Positions 8,744-16,709 of a DNA stretch of 64,000 nt are shown piece after piece. The stretch lies in the IMG/VR virus record IMGVR_UViG_3300015263_000377. One strand, written 5' to 3'. Position numbers and translations under genes: made by a program. This DNA comes from an uncultured virus (IMG/VR IMGVR_UViG_3300015263_000377) (Duplodnaviria > Heunggongvirae > Uroviricota > Caudoviricetes). The notes under the pieces are model-generated. The model ran no database searches. It worked only from the letters and a program-made list of their open reading frames with translations, and was not told where the DNA came from. Numbering within the stretch: position 1 is the stretch's first letter; each line of letters starts with the position of its first letter.

Positions 8744-8825
8744 GCGAAGGTGGCGGAATGGCAGACGCACTAGGTTGAGGGCCTAGCGGTTAACAGCCGT
8801 GGGGGTTCAAGTCCCCCTCTTCGCA
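8744..8825 (+). tRNA. tRNA-Leu(GAG)
   Basis: GGCGGAATGGCAGACGC D arm, CTAGG-TT-GAG-GG-CCTAG, long variable arm. Confidence 0.93.
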
Positions 8826-8827
8826 CT

Positions 8828-8920
8828 GAGACGAATGACTGTGGGGACTACATGGATCGGCCCAGGGTTCGAGACCCAGCCCGCAAGGGTGGCCTACGTC
8901 TCCGCTCCACTTGTCGTCTC
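8828..8920 (+). ncRNA. Y-RNA-like scaffold copy 6
   Basis: GAGAC-GAATG...GGGACTACAT...GGGTTCGAGACCC...GTC...CTTG-TCGTCTC. Confidence 0.75.
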
Positions 8921-8927
8921 GCTTCTT

Positions 8928-9089
8928 GGGGCTGTGGCCGAAAGGATAGGCGATCGTAAAAACGGAACGGTACCCCGTAAGGGGGCCTGCGAAGTAGTTG
9001 AGGCACACGTCAACAGGGTGATGCTCGGGTTGACCTCTACCTCGACAAATTGGCTCAAGGTTGCGGATGCACCGGCTCCTCGCCCCACC
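8928..9089 (+). ncRNA. Structured RNA with tRNA-like ends and a long non-tRNA insert
   Basis: GGGGC/GCCCC-A-CC ends, D-arm-like GCC-GAAAGGATA-GGC, internal stems TTGAGG/CCTCGA and GTCAAC/GTTGAC, no T loop. Confidence 0.45.
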
Positions 9090-9101
9090 GGGTAACTTGT
9101 G

Positions 9102-9191
9102 GGGGCTGGCCGAAACTGCCGAGGGAGGGAAGCGCGTTTCCTACACGAGACCTTTACGCAGACTATGCGGGTTCGACTCCCGCCAGCTCCA
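9102..9191 (+). pseudogene. Degenerate tRNA (Val-like, 6-nt CTACAC loop)
   Basis: Acceptor GGGGCTG/CAGCTCC-A and a good T arm, but an irregular D region and a 6-nt anticodon loop. Confidence 0.55.
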
Positions 9192-9206
9192 CTGCTTCTT
9201 GAAAAT

Positions 9207-9290
9207 GCTCAGATGGCGGAATTTGGCAGACGCACCGGATTCAGGTTCCGGCGCCCTCGTGGTGTGCGGGTTCGACTCCCGCTCTGAGCA
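9207..9290 (+). tRNA. tRNA-Leu(CAG)
   Basis: CCGGA-TT-CAG-GT-TCCGG, class II. Confidence 0.94.
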
Positions 9291-9292
9291 CC

Positions 9293-9444
9293 CGTCGTGA
9301 ATGACGCAGAGGACTACATTGGAAAGCCGGCGCCCGAAAGGGCTTGGGGGTTCGACTCCCTCCTCTGACCTTCGGGTTAGAGTGGCGGAACGGCAGACGC
9401 ACCGGAGCCGCAAGGCTGTTGTCTTCGCACCCCTTGTCACGACG
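9293..9444 (+). ncRNA. Y-RNA-like scaffold copy 7 with permuted class II (Leu-type) tRNA domain
   Basis: Order: variable arm GCCC-GAAA-GGGC, T arm, acceptor CTCTGACC-TTCG-GGTTAGAG, Leu-type D arm GGCGGAACGGCAGACGC. Confidence 0.85.
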
Positions 9445-9468
9445 ATCCTTTTATCCCGTAGGTGTAGC

Positions 9469-10812
9469 GTGAAGCTCATCGCCCGCGTCGTGAGCCGGTA
9501 CCTCAAGGCGGTTTCAACACCGCTGCCGTCTTCGTTTCCGGAGACGGAGATTGGGCTCATGACGGCCGACGAGTTCCTGAAGTTCAGGAACCCGGACTCG
9601 AAGAGTCACCCGAGCGATTCGTACGACTTCGACATCTTCATGATGAACCGGGACCACCCCAGGTGGTCCGGCTCCGTGGGTTCCTACGGGAGCGAGATGG
9701 TCCGGGTCGAGGAGTTAAGTGCAGGCTTCCGGGTCCTCGACTCCGAGGACAAGCTGATCGGGATCATTCACAACGGGGTCGCGTACTACGACCGTCCGCA
9801 GTCCAGAAGGCGCATTCCTACCGCCGTGATGGGGCATCGGGACGAGCGCAAAGACCTCGGGGTGAAGACCTGGAAGCAGGTCAAGTACCTGTCGGAAGTC
9901 GCTCCGCTGGTCAGCCCGATCGCCAAGAAGAACGAAACCGAGTACCCCGTCCTCCTCCAGCACATCATCGTGAAGGGGGAGCCGATGACCGTACGGGCCG
10001 AGAAGACCCCCAAAGAGGATGCTCACGTCACGTTGGTTATCCTCAACTCGGAAGGGTTCAAGGTCGCACAGGCGGCGGACGAGTGGGGGGCGACCCTGCT
10101 CACGGTTGCTCAGGAGTATCGGGGCAAGGGTCTCGGCAAGATCATCGGTCAATACTGGTACGACTACAACCCATCCTCCTCCTCGGGAGGCTTCACGGAC
10201 GCTGGGCGCAAGAACGCCCTAGCGCTTTGGAAGGACCGGGTACGGGAGTTTACCGCCCGAGGGTGGTACTCCGAGCTGGTCCGTCAAGGACGGCTCTCCA
10301 AGGCCCGGTTGAGGGAGATCCTCTCGGGGGTAGGGGAGAGAGTCGAAAGAGTCCTAGAGACGAAGCCAGAGGCCAAGGTGAAGCCCACGGGGGACATCCT
10401 GGTCTACGTGGACGACGACATCTCGTTCATCGTCTACGACCGGGCGTTCTTGGAGGAACAGGACGACCGATTCATCCACGGTTTTGGGTTCTTCCGGGAC
10501 AGCCCACACGTGGGAGTCTTCATCTACCGCATCGAGTACGACCGAGCCTTCGCGGACCTCACGACCCGTGTGGCCCTTCAGATGGCTCGGGACAGCGGGG
10601 ATGACCTGTACGACGGCGAGGGGTACCACGACCTCGTAGAAGCCGAAGGGATCCCAGGAGTCGTTCGTGATGGGGACTACCTCAAGGTGACGAGGGATCT
10701 TCTTCCGGTGAAGGCGCTGGCAGCCAAAGAGCGCAGCATCCGTCGTCGTTCGGACGAGTACGGCGAGAAGCTGACGATGCTGCTGGAGTTGGCCGAAGCC
10801 AAGTGGAACTAG
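9469..10812 (+). CDS. Large protein with N-terminal IARVVSRY motif and a GNAT-like acetyl-CoA motif
   Basis: LTVAQEYRGKGLGKII resembles GNAT motif A. The ORF-track start at 9301 runs through an RNA gene, so GTG 9469 is preferred. Confidence 0.7.
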   Translation: MKLIARVVSRYLKAVSTPLPSSFPETEIGLMTADEFLKFRNPDSKSHPSDSYDFDIFMMNRDHPRWSGSVGSYGSEMVRVEELSAGFRVLDSEDKLIGIIHNGVAYYDRPQSRRRIPTAVMGHRDERKDLGVKTWKQVKYLSEVAPLVSPIAKKNETEYPVLLQHIIVKGEPMTVRAEKTPKEDAHVTLVILNSEGFKVAQAADEWGATLLTVAQEYRGKGLGKIIGQYWYDYNPSSSSGGFTDAGRKNALALWKDRVREFTARGWYSELVRQGRLSKARLREILSGVGERVERVLETKPEAKVKPTGDILVYVDDDISFIVYDRAFLEEQDDRFIHGFGFFRDSPHVGVFIYRIEYDRAFADLTTRVALQMARDSGDDLYDGEGYHDLVEAEGIPGVVRDGDYLKVTRDLLPVKALAAKERSIRRRSDEYGEKLTMLLELAEAKWN

Positions 10813-10820
10813 CTTGAAAT

Positions 10821-10894
10821 CAGGGTGTACCTCAATCTGGTAGAGGGCGAGCTTTGGGTGCTCGACGTTGCAGGTTCGATTCCTGTCACCCTGA
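10821..10894 (+). tRNA. tRNA-Pro(TGG)
   Basis: CGAGC-TT-TGG-GT-GCTCG. Confidence 0.9.
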
Positions 10895-10900
10895 CTGATT

Positions 10901-10989
10901 GGAAAGCGAACCGGCCAGGGGGCCGGGCCTGCCTCGAAAACAGTGCGGTCGGTGATGAGCCGGCTGGGGATCGAGACCTCCGCTTTCCG
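10901..10989 (+). tRNA. tRNA-Ser(CGA), atypical D/T loops
   Basis: GGAAAGC/GCTTTCC-G, loop CT-CGA-AA, long variable arm. Confidence 0.72.
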
Positions 10990-10994
10990 CTGTT

Positions 10995-11079
10995 GGAAGA
11001 TGAACCGCTCAGGGAGCGGACCCGCTTGGAAGGCGGCGTGGTCCCGCAAGGGGCTGGGGGTCGGGACCTCCATCTTCCG
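10995..11079 (+). tRNA. tRNA-Ser(GGA), atypical D/T loops
   Basis: GGAAGAT/ATCTTCC-G, CCGC-TT-GGA-AG-GCGG, T loop GTCGGGA. Confidence 0.75.
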
Positions 11080-11166
11080 CTGGTTCGACGGAGCATGGCT
11101 ACCGCAAGGAGTCATTTTCGTGGGTCCTCGGGTCCACGAGAGCCGCAACCTCCGCCGAGCCGACTT

Positions 11167-11252
11167 GGAAGTGGAATCGCTCATGGGAGCGGGCCTCGTT
11201 GCTCAAGGGTGCGAGGGTGAAAGCCCTTGGGGGTCGGGACCTCCAACTTCCG
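11167..11252 (+). tRNA. tRNA-Ser(GCT), atypical
   Basis: Same family as the neighbouring Ser genes; loop TT-GCT-CA, weak anticodon stem. Confidence 0.65.
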
Positions 11253-11254
11253 CT

Positions 11255-11330
11255 GTGACGTGAGGGAGCTGGTGAACCCGGCCGTGTGTGAAGCGGTCTT
11301 TGACGGGGTAAGAACCCGTACGTCACCCCA
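11255..11330 (+). tRNA. tRNA-His(GTG), divergent
   Basis: GTGACGT/ACGTCAC, C73 plus CCA, GCCGT-GT-GTG-AA-GCGGT, T loop TAAGAA. Confidence 0.65.
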
Positions 11331-11651
11331 ATGAAAAGTGCTCGATGACGTAAGGCGGGACGAGTTTAGCGTCGATGTACCGGCGTTGAATCTCGGACGG
11401 TACAGAACCAAAGCCCGTTATAGCCCCTCGGCACTGACGGGCTTCGCACGAGCACCGAAGAACCCACGCATCGGACTCCTCCGTGCTCGTGGTCGAGTAA
11501 TCAAACGTCAGCTCTTCCCCCGCTGACGAGGGATGTCGGCCATCCTCACGACGGGGCCGCCGAACTTCAACACGACCTCGTAGGGCTCGAAACGTCGGAG
11601 GGTGTAAACGCCCTCCCCTTTGGCAGCGGACTTCCGAACTTCGAGGTCCAT
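11323..11651 (-). pseudogene. SET-domain/post-SET protein with central deletion and frameshift
   Basis: One frame gives MDLEVRKSAAKGEGVYT...; another gives GEELTFDY...CSCEARQCRG (SET C-terminus plus post-SET). The NHSC core is absent. Confidence 0.7.
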
Positions 11652-11678
11652 GCCTGACGATCCTCAAAACAAGAACAT

Positions 11679-11753
11679 GGTGTCTGTAGCCAAGTGGTAA
11701 GGCGACGCGTTGTGACCGCGTTATGCGCGGGTTCGATCCCCGTCAGACACCCC
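11679..11753 (+). tRNA. tRNA-His(GTG)
   Basis: G-1 and C73, ACGCG-TT-GTG-AC-CGCGT. Confidence 0.92.
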
Positions 11754-11754
11754 C

Positions 11755-11882
11755 ACGGCGAATGAAGCATTGGACTACATCAACCAGGCGGTCGCGGGTT
11801 CGAGTCCCGCTCGCGGCTTCGGCCGCGATAGCTCAGTTGGCAGAGCACCCGGCACAACGTCTGTGCGCACACTTGTCGCCGT
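11755..11882 (+). ncRNA. Y-RNA-like scaffold copy 8, classic YrlA topology
   Basis: T arm GCGGGTTCGAGTCCCGC, acceptor TCGCGGC-TTCG-GCCGCGA, D arm GCTCAGTTGGCAGAGC inside a GGCGAATG...CTTGTCGCC stem. Confidence 0.88.
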
Positions 11883-11972
11883 TATCCTCTCAGGGTTTTC
11901 CTGACACGCCTCACCAGTGTAACCTGACGTAATTTCTTTGATATTACGCTTAAGGGTGGGGTGACTGCTGTG

Positions 11973-12848
11973 ATGGCAAAGCAGAAGACTCCAGGTTTCT
12001 CTGGGGCTGTTTCAGTCAGTACGCTGCCTGAAGTCATCCAGTTGTACGTCTACTCCAACACCGTGGGTGTGCTTGAGATTCAAGCCGAGGATGGGAAGGG
12101 TCAGATTTGGTTCAACGGTGGTGAGATCATCCGAGCGTCCAGCTCCGGTCCTGACGAGGACAAGGACGGCGAGGAAGCCTTCTATGAGATCATGACATGG
12201 GAGGCCGGCGAGTTTCAGATGAAGCCGGGTCTGCTACCCACCGCCCGGAACGTCAACTCGGATTGGCAACAGTTGGTCATTGAAAGCGGGCGTCGTGCAG
12301 ATGAGATGAAGAGGTCCCAAAAGAAAGCCAAGAGGGCCGGGTGGACGCAGCGACCCCCTTCGTCCCCCAACCCGCCGACCCCACCCACCCCGTTGAAGGT
12401 GGAGCCGGTGCCCGATCCGGAGGTTTCGTGGGACATTCAGTTTGATGATGTAGAAGACCCGAAGGACCAGAAAGAGGAGTTCAATCTCATGAACGTCAAG
12501 GATGCTCTTGCTAAGTTGGCCAATCTGGACGGTTTTGTGGGGGCTTGCCTTGTCGATTCAGACAGCGGCATGTCTCTCGGCACCGAGGGTGGGAACGGAC
12601 TGAACCTGGAGGTTGCCGCTGCGGGCAACACGGAGGTCGTCCGAGCCAAGCGCAAGGCGGCCAAGAACCTGAACCTGAAGGACGACATCGAGGACATCCT
12701 CATCACCCTCGGGAAGCAGTACCACTTGATTCGCCCCCTCAAGGTGAAGCCGGCCATCTTCTTCTACGTGGCCCTCGACCGCTCCAAGGCGAACCTCGCC
12801 ATGGCTCGCATCGGTCTGGCCGACGTGGAGGGTGACCTCCAGCTCTGA
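11973..12848 (+). CDS. DUF4388 (PatA_N-like) domain fused via a Pro-rich linker to a Roadblock/LC7-like domain
   Basis: FSG.....LPEVIQL....TVGVLEI...GQIWF.GGEIIRA...GEEAFYEIMTWEAGEF; C-terminus LDGFVGACLVDSDSGM...IEDILITLGKQYHLIRPL...LDRSKANLAMAR. Confidence 0.8.
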   Translation: MAKQKTPGFSGAVSVSTLPEVIQLYVYSNTVGVLEIQAEDGKGQIWFNGGEIIRASSSGPDEDKDGEEAFYEIMTWEAGEFQMKPGLLPTARNVNSDWQQLVIESGRRADEMKRSQKKAKRAGWTQRPPSSPNPPTPPTPLKVEPVPDPEVSWDIQFDDVEDPKDQKEEFNLMNVKDALAKLANLDGFVGACLVDSDSGMSLGTEGGNGLNLEVAAAGNTEVVRAKRKAAKNLNLKDDIEDILITLGKQYHLIRPLKVKPAIFFYVALDRSKANLAMARIGLADVEGDLQL

Positions 12849-12871
12849 CCCCTACGAACGGGGTCTTTCAT

Positions 12872-12953
12872 GTCCCCGTAGCCTAGTGGATAAGGCGCTG
12901 GTTTCCTAAACCAGTGGCGCAAGCCATCGCAGGTTCGAGTCCTGCCGGGGACG
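12872..12953 (+). tRNA. tRNA-Arg(CCT), with small variable hairpin
   Basis: CTGGT-TT-CCT-AA-ACCAG, A20 in D loop. Confidence 0.88.
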
Positions 12954-13313
12954 CTATCGGAAGTCTGGGTGCCTTTTCAGGATCTTGCCCAGCTTCCGCA
13001 TGGCGTTGTGTTCGATCTGCCGGATGCGTTCACGGGTGAGGTCCATGATCTCGCCCACTTCTTCGAGTGTGGCGCCATGACGATCGGCTACGTCGAGCAC
13101 ACAGCTAGCCGTGGCGAAACGACCCACCTCACGAACGAGGCTGTATTCGCACATGACCCACGGACAAGGGCGCTCCGTGTTCTCCCCACCGGGGAGACAA
13201 TCGCCTCGGGTGCGTGGAGCCGACCCCTCCGGTAGCTCGATCGGGGGCGGCTCGTGGTCCGCCCCTTCGTTCTGAAGCACCGGAAGGTGGACTTTCGCAG
13301 CGGCCATCATCAT
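12954..13313 (-). CDS. Sigma70 region-4 HTH protein with Cys-rich N-terminus
   Basis: TLEEVGEIMDLTRERIRQIEHNAMRKL; RTRGDC...PCPWVMC...SC. Confidence 0.8.
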   Translation of the reverse strand: MMMAAAKVHLPVLQNEGADHEPPPIELPEGSAPRTRGDCLPGGENTERPCPWVMCEYSLVREVGRFATASCVLDVADRHGATLEEVGEIMDLTRERIRQIEHNAMRKLGKILKRHPDFR

Positions 13314-13345
13314 CCCCTCGTACACCAAGGGTGTATGAAGAGGCT

Positions 13346-13816
13346 ATGGAACAGCTTCCCGACTCCGAGCGAGATTGGCTCAAAGCTCTCCAAGAGAGCT
13401 TGTGGCCCAAGAACCGGAAGAACGACAGCCCGGTGAAGCTGGAAGCCCACAGGTTACTCACATACGAGGAGCGAGACCGGCTTTTCAAGGACATCGAGAC
13501 ATTCGGTCTGGTCGTCGAGATGTTCTCTTCCAACATGTTCGGGGGTTACGGGATCGCCATCTACGCACACGAGCTGTACCCTCACACGGGTCCGGACCAC
13601 CTCGTTACCATCACGGAAGACAATCTTCCACCACCCTCCCGACTTGAACGGGCTTCTGGGGACGCGCCGCCCGAACCACCCAAGAAGGTACCAGGCTGCG
13701 GTCGCGACGACGCGTGGGAGCTGTTCTCCAAGTACACGCACACAGACCAGATGAAAGTGTGGGTGAAGCAATACAAGCTCGAAGCCCCGAGGTCGCAGAG
13801 CTACTACGACTACTGA
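13346..13816 (+). CDS. Hypothetical protein
   Basis: ORF following GGTGTA motif and GAGG. Confidence 0.65.
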   Translation: MEQLPDSERDWLKALQESLWPKNRKNDSPVKLEAHRLLTYEERDRLFKDIETFGLVVEMFSSNMFGGYGIAIYAHELYPHTGPDHLVTITEDNLPPPSRLERASGDAPPEPPKKVPGCGRDDAWELFSKYTHTDQMKVWVKQYKLEAPRSQSYYDY

Positions 13817-13881
13817 TCGCCCCTCTGTAGTAAATTGGATGGGTAGGTGTCCGGTTTTCTTGTAGTTCGTTCCCTACAGGC

Positions 13882-14550
13882 ATGAGTTTGGGTAACGGCA
13901 ACGGCGACGACAAGAACGGGCGTTACGAGCCCGTTCCCCGCCTGGATCAAGCATTGGAGACCGTTGCCGAACGGATCCGCGAGAAAGCGGAGGTGATGCG
14001 TGGGCTTGCTCCCGACGAGGAGCCTTTGGATCTGGACGACTGGAAGTCGTCTCTCAAAACGAACCAAGAAGCCCTACAAAAGATTCACCAAGGGCTCGTG
14101 GTCATCGCGGAAACGGCTGAGGCGGCGGTAGAGGCTATGCTCCTCGTGGCTCGGGACCAAAAGTCCCACATGAGTCGGTCGGCTCCCGCGATCGATGCTG
14201 TTCTGATCACCAAGGACCAGATCGAAGCCATCGGGTCCAAGGTGGCCGTCTGCGAAGCCTTCGTGAACCAGGTCGACGAGATGGTCGCGGAGGACCACAA
14301 GACCTTGGGTCTTGTGCGTCGGGACATCCACGACATCAAGGTGGACCTTCAGTTGATGAAGGAGCAGGTCTCGATGCTCCCGGCGATGAAAGAGATGCTC
14401 GGGGACATCATCGCCCGGCTCCCCGAGGACAAGCCAGAAGACGGAATTTCTCGCTTGGAGGCGATGCTTGGGGATATCATCCAACGGCTTCCTGACCCGG
14501 AACAAGCAACTGACGTCAGAAAGCGGAGAACACCTCCCAAAAAGAAGTAA
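13882..14550 (+). CDS. Coiled-coil hypothetical protein
   Basis: Heptad-rich ORF with duplicated MLGDII.RLP segment. Confidence 0.7.
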   Translation: MSLGNGNGDDKNGRYEPVPRLDQALETVAERIREKAEVMRGLAPDEEPLDLDDWKSSLKTNQEALQKIHQGLVVIAETAEAAVEAMLLVARDQKSHMSRSAPAIDAVLITKDQIEAIGSKVAVCEAFVNQVDEMVAEDHKTLGLVRRDIHDIKVDLQLMKEQVSMLPAMKEMLGDIIARLPEDKPEDGISRLEAMLGDIIQRLPDPEQATDVRKRRTPPKKK

Positions 14551-14554
14551 CTAT

Positions 14555-14625
14555 TGGGGAATCGTCTAATGGCAGGACAACGGATTCTGGCTCCGTTTAT
14601 CTAGGTTCGAGTCCTAGTTCCCCAG
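14555..14625 (+). tRNA. tRNA-Gln(CTG)
   Basis: ACGGA-TT-CTG-GC-TCCGT. Confidence 0.93.
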
Positions 14626-14654
14626 CAAAATTCCCCTTGTTCTGAGGGCCTTGT

Positions 14655-15863
14655 ATGTACGACTACGACCGCCGCCTTGCGAGGGTGACCCGACCTTTCG
14701 ATGCTCGAAAGGTCGCGGAGATCCAGAAGGACTTGGCGACCTTCCTGTCGAACATCGACCGGGTAAAGTCTCCCGCTGACTTGGAGCGTCTGGAGAAGCT
14801 AGCCCTCTCTTGGGGTAAAGAGTTTCGCAAGGACTACGACAACCTCATCTTGTTCCTCCGGGACCAGGCGATTAATGACCCCAAGGTCAAAAGTATTGAC
14901 CGTCAGATGGACGTTTGGCGGCGAAAGGGGGTCAACTACATCTTCAATGCCTACTCGGCCGTCAGTTCAATCCCTAGCGACTGGGAGTATTGGACGGGGG
15001 ACGGGAAATGGACCTGGAAGCGGAAGTTGGAGAAGGCGCTGGCGCAGCTCCCCGACGCAGCCAAGTGGTTGGAGTCGATCAAGAAGCGCAAGATCGTCCC
15101 CGTTGTACCTGACGTGACGGAACACCTCACTCGGCTTGAAGGGTTCAACGTCAAGCTGGTCGGTTACGACGAAAACGACCCGGACCATGCTGGTGCGATG
15201 GGGCGCCTCAAGGCTGGCTTGAAGCAATACCGCCAGAAGGCGAGCCGGGTCTTCCCTACGCTTCTCCGGCACGCATTCCCCATGACGGTCCGTTTCGATG
15301 TGGAGGACATACTCGGTGCGGCCGGGTATGGGGGTTCAGGATCCATCGAGTTGTTCCCGTTGAACATACGGTCGGTAGACATGATCGTCTACACGGTCGC
15401 TCACGAGATGACGCACGTTGTGGACGATCTGCTTCCGCAAGGCGCCCGAGCCTTCTGGATTCAGATGTTCAAGGGGGACCTTGGTGAGATCGACCTCAAC
15501 GATGTCCTCAAGGCTTGGCCGGTGAACGCTCCGAATTGGATGGGGCAAAACTTGAAGGACACGGACCCCGTGTTCTACCTTCAGGTCCAGGCTCTCATGT
15601 CCGAGCACACGAAGCCACCGAAGGAGCTGAAAGACAACTGGACCCGCGATGCTCTTGAGGCGTACTTGGCGAACGGTGGCAACCCAAAGGTGCAGGTCCA
15701 CATGCACCCGATCACGGCCTACGGGACGTCCGCGCCAAATGAGGCGCTCGCAGAGGCCATCGCCCTCTTGGTAACTCACGGTCCGCGAGCGCTTGATCCA
15801 CAAGTCACCCTTTGGTTGAAAAACGTCTTTCCTGGTCAGCTCAAACTGGCCAGTTTCGTCTAA
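14655..15863 (+). CDS. HExxH metallopeptidase-domain protein with N-terminal MYDYDRR motif
   Basis: VAHEMTH...ITAYG...NEALAE. Confidence 0.75.
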   Translation: MYDYDRRLARVTRPFDARKVAEIQKDLATFLSNIDRVKSPADLERLEKLALSWGKEFRKDYDNLILFLRDQAINDPKVKSIDRQMDVWRRKGVNYIFNAYSAVSSIPSDWEYWTGDGKWTWKRKLEKALAQLPDAAKWLESIKKRKIVPVVPDVTEHLTRLEGFNVKLVGYDENDPDHAGAMGRLKAGLKQYRQKASRVFPTLLRHAFPMTVRFDVEDILGAAGYGGSGSIELFPLNIRSVDMIVYTVAHEMTHVVDDLLPQGARAFWIQMFKGDLGEIDLNDVLKAWPVNAPNWMGQNLKDTDPVFYLQVQALMSEHTKPPKELKDNWTRDALEAYLANGGNPKVQVHMHPITAYGTSAPNEALAEAIALLVTHGPRALDPQVTLWLKNVFPGQLKLASFV

Positions 15864-15866
15864 CCC

Positions 15867-15920
15867 CTCCGGGGTCTTCCACGTCTGGTTCGCCAGGCTG
15901 AGAACACGCCGGAGTTTTTT
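15867..15920 (+). terminator. Putative intrinsic terminator
   Basis: CTCCGG/CCGGAG closing stem followed by a T-run. Confidence 0.4.
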
Positions 15921-15921
15921 C

Positions 15922-15994
15922 GGGGCTGTAGCTCAGTTGGGAGAGCATCTGCGTGGCACGCAGAGGGTCGCCGGTCCGATTCCGGCCAGCTCCA
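15922..15994 (+). tRNA. tRNA-Ala(GGC)
   Basis: G3:U70, TCTGC-GT-GGC-AC-GCAGA. Confidence 0.9.
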
Positions 15995-16001
15995 CGAATA
16001 C

Positions 16002-16074
16002 GGGACCGTAGCTCATCTGGGAGAGCGCACCCTTCGCACGGGTGAGGTGGGGTGTTCGAGTCACCTCGGTTCCA
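16002..16074 (+). tRNA. tRNA-Ala(CGC)
   Basis: G3:U70, CACCC-TT-CGC-AC-GGGTG. Confidence 0.9.
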
Positions 16075-16078
16075 CTAT

Positions 16079-16151
16079 GGGGTCGTGTGATGGGTTCACG
16101 GATCTGCCTTGCAAGCAGGTCTTGCGAGTTCGATTCTCGACGGCTCCACCA
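16079..16151 (+). tRNA. tRNA-Ala(TGC)
   Basis: G3:U70, CTGC-CT-TGC-AA-GCAG, encoded CCA. Confidence 0.85.
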
Positions 16152-16167
16152 ACGGTGTACCCGAGGC

Positions 16168-16461
16168 ATGACGCCTCAACAGGTACGTGACGCACTCGAC
16201 ATCTACGAGAAAGCCCTTTGGGGAGAGGAAGCCAATCCGGTCCGAGCGGACCTGGACAGGGTGAACCTCACGGGCACGGCTCAACGTGACCACCTCCTTT
16301 GGATGTGCGTAGAGACCCGCAAGATCCTCGACCACGTGGCCGGGGACAAGGATGACCGAGGGACCATCGAGAAGGCGATGCGGTGGCTTGGGTTCATCCA
16401 AGGGGGTCTCTGGAGCCAAGGCTTCTACAGCATCGAAGACATGAAGAATCACAATAGATAA
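16168..16461 (+). CDS. Hypothetical protein (EKAMRWLGFIQG motif)
   Basis: ORF after GGTGTA and GAGG. Confidence 0.75.
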   Translation: MTPQQVRDALDIYEKALWGEEANPVRADLDRVNLTGTAQRDHLLWMCVETRKILDHVAGDKDDRGTIEKAMRWLGFIQGGLWSQGFYSIEDMKNHNR

Positions 16462-16464
16462 CGC

Positions 16465-16540
16465 GCCGCTTAAGCATCAATGGTGATGCCCCCGTTTTGT
16501 AAGCGGGTCCAGACGGGTTCGATTCCCGTGGGCGGCTCCA
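16465..16540 (+). tRNA. tRNA-Thr(TGT)
   Basis: CCCGT-TT-TGT-AA-GCGGG, encoded CCA. Confidence 0.88.
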
Positions 16541-16541
16541 C

Positions 16542-16612
16542 GCGGGTATTGCTCGAAGGTCGAGCGTCAGGTTTCCACCCTGAAGGCGAGGGTTCAATTC
16601 CCTCTACCCGCT
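16542..16612 (+). tRNA. tRNA-Gly(TCC)
   Basis: TCAGG-TT-TCC-AC-CCTGA, T73. Confidence 0.88.
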
Positions 16613-16616
16613 CTAC

Positions 16617-16690
16617 GCCCGTGAGGCTCCTGTGGAGGGGCACCTGCATGGTAAGCAGGTTTGAAGTGGGTTCGACTCCCATCGCGGGCT
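16617..16690 (+). tRNA. tRNA-Thr(GGT)
   Basis: CCTGC-AT-GGT-AA-GCAGG. Confidence 0.85.
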
Positions 16691-16709
16691 CAAATTGGTG
16701 TATAGCTGA

